This document shows positions 36,801-48,800 of a DNA stretch of 64,000 nt, piece by piece (within the stretch, counting starts at the first letter, position 1; each line of letters begins with the position of its first letter). A program made the position numbers and the translations under genes. The DNA is from Phoronis australis (lineage: Eukaryota; Animalia; Phoronida), in contig NMRA01000802.1 in NCBI GenBank assembly GCA_002633005.1, positions 38,740-102,739 on the forward strand. Reading direction: 5' to 3'. The notes below the pieces were generated by a model that worked only from the letters and a program-made list of their open reading frames with translations, was not told where the DNA came from and did not search any database.

Positions 36801-39800
36801 GAATATTGCCTTTAAAAAAATCCATTCTGTACCACACCTAGTGCTATTTAATTTAACCTATTTCACTGTAATACTGAAACATACTAGCTTTATTGCACGT
36901 GCAAAATTACAAAAAACATGTCTTGACATATGGTGATAATTTGTCCATTAAATATAACTAGACTAAGTATAATTATCAAAATGAACATTTCTATTCAATG
37001 CATTAGTGTGACAAGCATATTTGGAGACAGTTTGTCATCCAACTATGGGTGAACAAGCAGCACATACAGCGTACCCTTTGAACTCTGTCATTGATTTGGA
37101 AACTGACTGAACTGTTTGGCACAGGAATGTCCTGGTTGTTGACCAACGCGTACATGCCAAACCTGGGTAACTGGCGAGTCAATTCAAACACATGGTACTG
37201 ATTACTGAAATACAATTTTAAAAAATTGGTACAATAATTATTACAAAGACTGTAACTGTTAAACAGTCAATATCACATGAGCATCAAAGCACAAATAGAA
37301 TGGTTTAACTCAGATACAAACATGCCAATCAACCCCAAAAGACACTAGACGCTCAGCCACAGCTTCACTAACACCTTCACAAACCATCATGTTAAAAAAC
37401 AGTGCACCATAAAACTGAAGTTACAACCATCTTAGCTGAAACAGGACACCATTTGATACAAGAGTAATGCAGAGCAATTGTATGCACCCACGAATGTACC
37501 GCAACAAACGGGGTGCTTCTGGGGTTGTTTATTTTGTATCATAAAAATGTCCACTAGATGGCGGAAAAACATCCAATCCATCCGAAACCAGGAACATGCT
37601 ATCGCTTAATAGAAAGCTATTAACCAAATTTCATAGAAATTTGTCGAGGAACTTCAGAGAAACAAACTAAGGAAAACGGAAAAAATGAAATTGCCACTAG
37701 GGGGCAGAGCACTCATTGGATTCACCTGAAAGTCACCGTTGTCTGTTGTTAGCTTCATATAAATACACTTACTAAATTTAATAAAGATCCTGCAGTGGGT
37801 TTAGGAGATACAGCTATGGGCGCAAAACAAAACAAAACTACCACTAGGAGGTGCCACAGTAGTTGAAGTTTTCATTGTCAACTGTCCTTTTCACACTGAG
37901 AACACATACGCCAATTTTCAAAATCATCCTTAGAATGCTTTGGTTGATAGATGGGTGGACGCCAAAAACACACAAAAACAGCAAAAATGGCCACTAGGTG
38001 GTGCAAAAGATTCCCACCAAAAATGGGAGGATAGTGTCAGCTCACAGATGTCTACATTCCAAATGTCATGAAAATCCATTGAGGACCTTTGAAGGCACAG
38101 ATTCTGATGTAAATGTAAAAAACTAAAATTGCCACAAGGGGATACATCCGGTAGTCAGATCCACTCGAAGGTCCACGACGTCTCTTGTCAACATCATATA
38201 AATAAACTTGCTAAATTTAGTAAAGATTATGCAAACAGTTTATGAGATATAGCCATCGGCGCAACATAAAACATGCCACTAGGAGGCGCCACAGCAGTCA
38301 TCATTGGAAAATTATGATGAGCCATCCCCTTCATAGTAATAACATACATGCCAATTTTCATAATCATCATTAGAGCGGTTTGGTTGATAGAAGGGTGGAT
38401 GCAAAAAATACTTTAAAACTGTAAATCCATCCGGAAACGGAAAGATATTGTCATCTCAACAACAGAAGACTTCCAAACTTTATGAAAATCCGTTGACTTT
38501 TGAAGATACAAATGTTAGCGTAAAAACACCAAAATTGCCACTAGGGGGCACATCAGTAGTCCAATCCATCTGAAAGTCGTCGTCTATTGTCAACATCATA
38601 TAAATACACTTGTTGAATTTAGTTAAGATCCTGCAAACGGTTTTAGGTGATACAGCTACGAACGAAAAAAAAACAACATTGCCACTAGGAGGCGCCGCAG
38701 TAGTCAAAGTTGTAGGAAAATCATCAAGAGCCATCATCTTCATAGCAAGAACATACATGGCAAATTTCACAATCATCCTTAGAGCAGTTTGGCTGATAGA
38801 TGGGTGGATGCCAGTGTGGCAGTAAAAATGGCCACTAGGAGGTGCAAACTACGTCAAATCCAACCAAAAACGTGAGGATAGCGTTATTTCACTTCTAGTA
38901 GATGCCTATATGCACAATTTTATGAAAATATGTTGAGGATCTTTGAAAATACAGACTGAGGAAAGCGTAAAAAAATGAAATTGCCAATTATGCTATCCCA
39001 TCCATGAAAGGAACACGACTCGGGTCATGCAAAATTTCATGAACTATGTCAAAGGGTTTTGGAGATAGAGCAGCGGATGATGGACGAGGATGACGGCCTA
39101 ACGCATCCACATAAAAATATGTGCTAAAAAATGGGCCACAGGAAACTGCACTGACTAGAATGGATACTATTCAGTGCATTAATTTTTTTTTAAATTTAGA
39201 AAATGAACTCATTTACCAACAGCTGCATCATTGTTACCTGTTCTTATTACCGACAAGGGCCTTGATGTGGAGATCAACTGGCACGTCTTTTGGTGGTGTT
39301 ATGGGTATTTTCACCTGGTTACTCAAGTTAGCAACGGTCGAATGCCTGTAAATGAGACGGTAGATATGCGTCAAATAGGATACAGCATTATGTTAAGTGG
39401 AATGAAAAAAGAAACTTCAAAAACATTGCATTTCTCTGTTATAAAATGGTAGGTTTTGAGGTGAAACCAATACTTTAAGTTGGATTGCTGCCATAGCCTC
39501 AACAGCACTGTTTCCTTATCAGTACACTTGATTGACTTCACCTGTTCTGAGAGGAAAACTGGTTAATACATCTGATTGGTTCTAGACCAATCAGAAGTCT
39601 TGGCTGATTGATCTGGCGGAACCTGTGAAGTCAATCAAGAGCAGCCTATGCCAACATGATTCAAGATACCATTGCAATTTTCAAGTCTATAACTCCAATG
39701 AAACAAAATCCAGATTCACAATTTGACAGACTTGTACAGGGACTTACATAACATGGCTTTCTCCCTCAAATATTCCTTCAGCAAATATTAGCACAACTCT

Positions 39801-42800
39801 TATCACAGTATCTGAAAAAACACAGAAATTACATTGAAGAATGCATGATATCATGAATAATTTACGTACAGAAGAGACCAACAATCACAGTTCCGGCCAC
39901 AATAATTTTCATTCAAAATGTTGCAAAAAGGCATTTTTAATAATAAATTGGAAATTGCCTGGCTCATCACTGTATATCATTGGGCATGAATAATATCTAG
40001 AAATTAATTTTTGCTTTCACAATATTATTGACTACAAACAAAATGATTGCATACAGATGATACAAGCCAAAAACAAAATGTGTGACACGACCGGCTGTAG
40101 AATATGTAGTGATGAAGCTGATGTCGTGCAAAGGTAGAATCCACCAGATTTTGTAGAGAAGAGCTGGTCTCAGATTCTATACATTTGACATGCCTGAGCA
40201 AAACAATGTGAAGTGAATGTCTCAATAACATTGATTCATATCTTATCTCTCAATAAGTGAAATGGTGGCACCAACGGATTACTTCTGAATGTATCCTCTT
40301 GAAGTTGAAGCCAGCTAAAGTAAGCCAGCGTCATTGAAACGGATCCAGGTAGGGTTACCGTGGTGAAGATCAGGGAGAGACAGAAACATGATGTAGGGTA
40401 AATAAACTGCAGCTGCAATAACAATTTTTTTTTGAAAACATGTTTTGCTTATGGGCTTACCCAAAGAGGGCCCTTTGATCAGCTGAAAGATCACAGCTGA
40501 GTTCAGTCAGTCATAACGCATTCAAGCATTCTTCAGAGACTGGTCACAGATGTCGGGATTATTACCAAAGGGAACCCCAAAAGAAAACTTCTAAATCATC
40601 AAACACTCTTTGACAAAAAGGAGCACCATGGTGACTATTCTCTGAATACCAACCAGACCTCTCTGAACCTGCAGCTATGGTGACCTATTGTTTGTATTCC
40701 CAGGTGTGTTTTGGTTCAACAAACTTCATCTCTGAACATTCAATGTTGTCTGTTCTCACCTTAACGAAACAAAACATTGCGTTCTACAATCATAAATTTC
40801 TGCATTATTGCGGTTAACGCTGAGCTAAAGACAGAGCTACTATTATGACGTATGACATGGAATGTAACACAGTACTCACCATTTGTTGTTGCTATTGTCA
40901 ACTCAATGTGAGGCTGAAATGTTGAAAACAGATTGGTCAAACTGAGGAAGAAACAACTGTTTGTTCTCTTAGTGGGTGTCCCACTGGGACACCGAAACAA
41001 AAAAGTATTGACACGATAAAACTCAACTGACTTACCAAAGACAATGTGTTAATATTTATTTTTCCACATTTCTAAAACTGCAACACTATGGTGCACCAAA
41101 CAGACAATCAGAAGTCGAAAAATCTTAACTTTTGAGTATCACGTTAAAGATTTATTTCAAAAATGTTTCCTTAAGCGTGCCATTCACATTATGTGTCCAC
41201 TAACAGCTAGGATCAATATATTACTCCCAGACTAACAGCAACAATGGAGCCTCAAACAGAGACCATACAGCTCCACTGGCTACAGACTCATTGGAATTTC
41301 AAAGCAGTAATGTGAAACTTAGATTTCAGAAACAGTCAGTGGTGATTTTCCTCACTACTTACTCTGAAATTTTTCCAACTTTCAATGATTGAGATGTTCC
41401 TGTTGTGTGAGTTTAAAATGCTAAATGAATGAACATCATTTTGTGATTGTTTGACACTTTGACACTTGATCTCATTGTCAACACCAAGAAATAGGATCAC
41501 TGAATATTACGCAATAACATTTCAACTGAGAATAAGTGTGATTGGATAATTTCCTTTGTTTTTCAATATAATATTACTACACAAATTAGGCTGACACACA
41601 CATATTGTCAACATGACTTTAAGTACCAGTCTTTACAATTATTGAAAATTCACCAGAGTTGCGTTTCAATCAAACAAAGGTGTTTAAGGGCACTTTAAAA
41701 TCTTACCCCTTGTTTCTCAGTAGCCACAGGGTTGACTGATAGCATAGTCTGTAGCTGAGTGTTGGCCTGCAAGGATGTCACATAGCATAACAAAACAAAC
41801 AAGACAATACTACATATTATGAAATAGTGAGTGACACTCATAAATCAACAAATAGCAACAGCACTGACAGGTAAAAATCGCCTCCATCAGTGAAAATCAC
41901 AGCATCCAACTGTTCTCAGCATGCCTCTTCAGGAAAGAACGAACTGCTAAGAGCATTTATGAGACAATCCCCATGTGTCATTTCTTAAATTTTGAACATT
42001 ACTAAACTTACAAACTTAAGAAAAAAATTAGTCATATTCTATAAACTTTAAGGTTGTTTTAAAAAAGTTGACGAAATTTGACAAAATCCAGAAGGTACAA
42101 GAACACGATGAAAAATAACACATAAATTATAGGAGAATTAAACGGAAGTTTTTGCCAATGAATTTTATTTCTTGAAAAAATGTACATACAGGGATGATTC
42201 CCATTTGTCCCTTGTCCAGGTCTCCAAGTCCTGAGGGGCGTGACGACTGGGCCGCTCTCTGATTCTCTTCATAGTTCTTCAACTCCAGCAGGAGGTTCTG
42301 TAAACGGAAAGAAATACACTGCATGAGGCACTGACTGATGAGGCACACATTTATTGTCATGAATTGTACAGGACAACACCAGCCAGGCTGTACCAGATTG
42401 TGCAACAACAGGGAAACTTACAAGGACAAAGTCATGCCACATCTGATGAATGCTAAGTCAAGGTTTGATTAAAAAAGCATTGAATATGGTCAGTGGTGGA
42501 TATGAACATTAATGCAATGATTCAATATCATTAAGTTGTTCTCATCAGTTTTGTCGAAAACATAAAATTACTGGTGGGCAACGCTGATTTGTTTAAAAAA
42601 TAGTTGTTACATATCTGTAATCAACTGCTAAGACTGAGTTGACAGGCCACTTTGATTAAAAACTAGCACAGATGTATTTGAGTGGCTTTGAAAATAAAGA
42701 TCAACAACTTTTCTTGACTATAAACTAATGTAGGCAGGCGCTTTTTTTTAAGTAGTGAGGAACAGATTTCAAAATGAGTTGAGGTGCAGACTTGCACCAA

Positions 42801-45800
42801 AATGAGTTTGGCTTTTAGTTAGTGCACACAGAATTGGAAAAAGTCTGAAACTATTACATAGGCCAAAGCCAATCAAACCTCAACTTCAAATTAGGCAAAG
42901 ACAACATTTTAGTGTATCAGGCCAGGAAAAACCAGGATGAGTTACACTCTGGGAAAAGTCGGCACATAGCACACCAAGCAAATCCAGCCAGAATCACAAC
43001 AACTAAAGCTAGCCCATGGGGTAAACATAAGATTGCCAGAGACCTGTTTCTTGAAGAGAATACAGCCAAAAGATAATAATTCCACACAGGCTACGGATTT
43101 CTGTCTTTTGGCTTTCAATTAGAGACAGGTTTTCTAACCTTTCGTCTTAGCAAGGTTTTGTGAAACAGATTATTAACCATCTGAATTGTAGCCAGAAGTC
43201 AAAAGACTCTTCGAGAAATAGTCCCTGACTATTAGACTGGGCAAAGACAGACTGTTTGTGAAATGGTTGAATGGCAGACATAAATATGTCCCAATGCATT
43301 TGACAACTTCACAACTTCACCCAACTCACCTGTTTTCTACTGCTGAGTTCACGTACAGTCTCCTGCTCAATATTCGATTCCATAAGATTGCCTTTAAGTT
43401 CTTGAGAAGCAGGTAAATATCCACGCACTGAAACCAGGGCACAAGTGACACGTTTCTAAGTTACTACTGGAATGTCACTTACAAAAAGTCCTCCCAACAC
43501 TATAGTACTGACAGTGACTGATGCAATTAATTTTAACTAAGTGGTACAAATTCATTCTAATTTCCACGCCAGTTTCAATTTTAGATCAAATCCGAGTAAA
43601 CAAATTTGGGCTAATGGCAAAGAACGAAATAAATTCTATAATCAATGCAATGTTATTAACTAAAGCAACATTTAACTTGTCCTTTCTTGTAAAAACGAGT
43701 TTTGATTTGGACCACTTACTGTTATCAATTTAGTCTCGTCTTGATCCTTACTCAGTTCAGAAGTGATCCCTAGGTTCGGTAAGAATTGACAGTTTGTTAT
43801 ATATTTCTTGAACAAATGTATGTAATAAATTCCAGGTCACACCATCACCTGAAATTTCATGACCTTGGTCTGAAAAAAGAACAAACTGTCAATTCTTTCA
43901 AAGACTTGATATCATCTTCGACTTGACTCAAGGGTCAATTTGAGACAAATTCCATATCAGTAAGTGGTCCATATCAAAACCTTTTTGTCAGTGACGAAAG
44001 GTGGGATTATAGCAATTTGAACACACAAGAATGTCAAACGTTAAAATAAAATGTCTAGTACCTTCTCCTTCCACAGAACAACAGATGAGTTGATCACGAC
44101 CTTCCAGGCGGTAGTCACCCTGATAAAACAACAATTAGCAAATGTCAGTCAGGTGAAAGTTCATTAATTTATTCTTACACAGAGTGCAAAGGTCAATGAC
44201 AAAATTTGAATTTGCAGATTGATTAGGACTAGGACTTGTCACGGTCTATATCCTGATATCAGGCAGCAAATGAATTTTCAAAGAGAGACCAAAAGCAAAG
44301 CAAATTGAAAAGTCGAGGCTCTAACAAAGACAGCTGACCAGGACGTTATGCACTTAACCATTACAGAATCAAGACAGCACATTTAGAATAATTTGGGAAT
44401 TGAACAAACTGTTAAGGAGCGCAATCATTGCCATGTGACAAATATGGTTACTAAACAAAAACAATTACAGTACAGAGCAGAGTGATATACCACAAGTTGA
44501 AGTAACAATGTGGTACAGTACAGGCCAAAAACAAACCAGACAAAAAGACCCAGATATCACTGGCATAATATCTGCGCAAGTGGTATTCCCTGTCATGACA
44601 GCAGAGTACAAAGAGAATTGACCATCCAGGTTAGTAGAAAGATCTTTTCAAAAGTTACTTTTTGTCAAAAGGTGCAGGTTTGTTGACCTTTTAAGTAAAA
44701 CTGACGAGCAATAAGTATTTTGTCACTGAAAGCAAAAAAATTCTAAGGGAAAAAAACACAAGTCACCCCATCTAAGACATGAACTCACACAAGGAATCAA
44801 CACCTGTGCTTAAGAGTGCTACATAAGGTACATGTGGCTACAAGCAAAACACTAGAGCAAGAAAAAAATGACAAAAACATTATCTCGAATAACCATGGGC
44901 CTAAATATGGTTGTATGTATAAAAGGGTAGTTACCGAGATGACACCAGCAACAGAATGTTGAAGATTGTCTTTAAACACTACTTCACCCGTCCTGTCACT
45001 GCGAGCGTCAATCTATAAATAACGTACAAGTGAGTAAAGGAACAAAATGACATTATAGCAAAAGGGTACAATACAATAAAACTTACCAAAACGTCAACTG
45101 GGCAACACCACAATAATAAACTATCACCTCGATTGTCATTTAATCTCACACGGCTGAGTTCCTAAGTAATGTACTTTTAAGGCCTCAATGCGGGCATAGT
45201 GACTTCCTATATTGCGTATTATTTCAACAACTCGCATAATGGCAACACCAGAGTTCTAACAATCGACAGATGGCTATATACAGCTACCCCAGCATTCATG
45301 CCATTTGTCCAGTATATTAGGGGTCGACAATATTTTAAAAATTACAGTACCATCTTTGCAAACAATTGTTTGGTCCATGCTCTGGGAGGGACTCTTTGTT
45401 TTGGTACTTCTTAAATGTGGCGAGTAAACATTCTCAATGATAAAACCATGACCTGCATTAAATGGAGCTTACTGACTGCTTGATTGGGAACATTCACAAC
45501 TCTTACTTAAATTCATTCTCATGGTAGAGACTGACATTTCAAACTGAGTTGTAGCCATGGTAACAAATTGTACCGATGATCAACTTAAACATACCTTGCC
45601 ATTACTCCAGCCTGTGATCAACTCTGGGACTCCATCATTATCCAGGTCATAGCTGTTGATACTCACAGCGATATTCTTGGACTATCCACAACAAGATAAT
45701 GTTTTGGTAAAATAACATGGTAGGTAGAAACTGATCAGAGTTTAAACTGAAGTGGCTCTACATTACTGTTGCCGGAAATTCAAAACAATTGACAAAATGT

Positions 45801-48800
45801 TGTCAAACTTGTCAAGCTAAGTCACAGTTAAAATTCAAATGAACATCATCAAAACTGGCAATCTATAACAACGTACACTGATGTGTGTTTGGGATCAATA
45901 AGGAATTGAAATTAGACAGATAGCATTTATTGCTTAAATCACAGCACTCTGCAACCTTTACCTAGGAATGACTCTCCAATTTGTCCCAAATGTGTACAAT
46001 AACATGTTTTAAAACTAAATAAAACTATAGTCTAATAATTCCAGACATTAGAAAATATTGTATTGTAATTTTTTTCTGGAAATAAAATGTGCTCCACAAA
46101 CAGTTATGATAGAAAATAATACATTACATGTTTTTCAGAGTCACAAAAACCAACCATAGTTTAGTTAGCACAGACTTCACCTTAATTCTCCAATAGCGTG
46201 CCGTCCTGTCATACACGCCTACAGTACCATTGGCCAGAGCATACCCAAATCTGCTGCCAATCATAGGGCAGAGTGAAGTAATAGCCTGCAACAGAAAAAA
46301 ACCTGTTATTGAGAAACAGGCAAAAAACAGTTACATTAGATTAAAGTTTTCTCTTGATTCCAGCAACAACCAAATTTTCCATGAAATTTGTGCAATAAAT
46401 ATCTACACGACTTTGATTTTGTCCATGAGTAACATGTTTCATCAACTTATTAAGTCAACAAACCTGGATGGCAGTTTTTAAAATTTCGGTTCAAATCGCC
46501 GGCCTTTTTTGAAACCCAGGCGAAGAGTACCAAACTACTAAAAAAATATTTATGATATGTCACCTATTACCAATTTGAAAACAATGTTTCACTTTTTGCA
46601 TTTCGGTAAGAAAAAAATTATAAGACTAAAGCCTATAAAGCAGCTTCAGTATAAAAAACCAACAAAACAATTAGGTAGAATGCATTTTAAACCAAAAGAT
46701 GGCGATACATACCTCTGTTTCGGTCATTTCAGCTACAATCTCATCTTCTTTGAAGACACGGATATCAAAGTCTTCAGAACCAACAACCAACTACACATCA
46801 ACAGAGAAAAAACATGTCTATTATAAGCTGTCATTTACTCATAGTTACAACAATAATTAAAATACCAAACAATTATTAATTACTTCAAAGCAGTTACTCA
46901 GGACAAAAGGGCACGGCCCCAAAAAACTAAACGTGACATACATTTTTATGTCATTTGAACCTTGAAAGCTAGATGACTGTGTATTTCATATTCATCAGAC
47001 TCATGCAGGTCACATAATTTGTGTTGAGTAGGATGACTACAAGGCAAGACTGTCAAAACAAATAGACCTAGGATTGGAATATCAAGCCAACCATTTCAAC
47101 TAAAGGACATAGATTTCCTTTCATAAAGAGTGTCAAATTCAACTACATTCACCGGCAATCCTAATAAACGAGCTGGACCAGTAAATCACAACGAATACCC
47201 TATATTCACTGCATGGTAAGTTACCCCATCACGCTGAAATTGGTCAGTGGTAGGGAACACGAGAGTATCACTGGACGGTATGTACTTACAATATTCTGCC
47301 TTGTCATGCTTAAGTCGACTACTGGTAAGGAACACACGTTATCATATGCTATCTACATGTATGTACTACTTACGTCATTCTGCCCCAACATGTTGAAGTC
47401 AACCAGCGCCAGGGAACACACATTATCACCAGTTACCTGTAACAACGCAATAGGTGTCACATCCATGCAGCCAAAAAAAATTAGTGTCTCTGAGAGTCTG
47501 AGTGACTGTGATGCCAGTTCTAGAAAGGGGGCCGAGGGCAAACAGCTAGAAACTGGAAAATTAAGAATTCTGCCTATTGTCTGACCTCCACTGATGGCAA
47601 GTTGGGATTAGCTGAGGGAATTAGGCAATTATGAGACAGTTCACAATTCAAGCAAAAATTTATGTTCTTAACCTTCATATAAAAACGATGTGTTCATTTT
47701 CAGAAACAACAGGTTGGGCATTCTTCTGATTTCAGACTGCGAAACATTAATTTTATATGGTGATTTTATGTTCTCGCTTGAGAATCATTAAGAACTTGCT
47801 CATATTGCAGAGTCTCATCAATCTTGGATACATATCACGCTATACATATTCCTCAAAGGAAAACGTGTTTACTCAAATGCTGCAGCTATCAGGTTTCTGA
47901 CACCATTAGTTTCTCATTTAGAGAAAGTTAGCTTTGAGAAACTTCTGGTGAAAGGGCGATAACACAAAATACATCTGGCATTGCCTTAAGCTTCAGCCTA
48001 GGCGTACCATGGGATACAGTAACTATATTTCCATATTGTATTTAGTAAATTGTTAATCGATAACTGGATGAGCATAACCCCTCTTTATAATGTTGTATTT
48101 GTCACAAATAAGGATACTTGTTCCTGATTTCATCTTCAGCATTTCTCATCTCTTCTGCTATGTAGACTAAGATTGAAATATAAAACTAATTTCAATTTTT
48201 CTTTTACAGTTAACTGGTTGTGATAACAATGTATTCAGTCAAATAAACTCAAATCAGAGATAGTAAACTGAAACAACATTTTCACACTTACAGTACATGA
48301 ATGCACCACAACACCATTAAATAACTGATGTAGAGCTGTACTCACAGTCCAAAACTTGTCCTCTCCTTCCAAATCATAGCCTTGTATGGAACAGTTTCCA
48401 CCAATCACGACCAATGGCTCCTCCAAAGAACCAAGGGTGCCAAGGACTATGGCATTAGCCCCATCTGGTGTCTAAATGAAAAAATGACACTCTTACAGCA
48501 CAATACTTTTTTGAAATTTCACATTTACACTCTGTCAACATTTTTAATGACCCCAAGAATTCTAATTTCATCTGCCAAATTATTTAATGCAAAAAACATA
48601 ATTATCAACAAAATGTTGATAAAACTATGTCCACTTCAGCTACGGCTTCTTAAACAATACTTTTACTGTTAAAAAAAGACAAATGAGACATCTTCGACAA
48701 ACAATGGCCATTGACTCATTAGATTGAAGATACCTGATGCCCTCTGTCTGTGCATTGATGTACAAATCACTCACACTCTGTCTGTTTAAAAGACTTTCAC

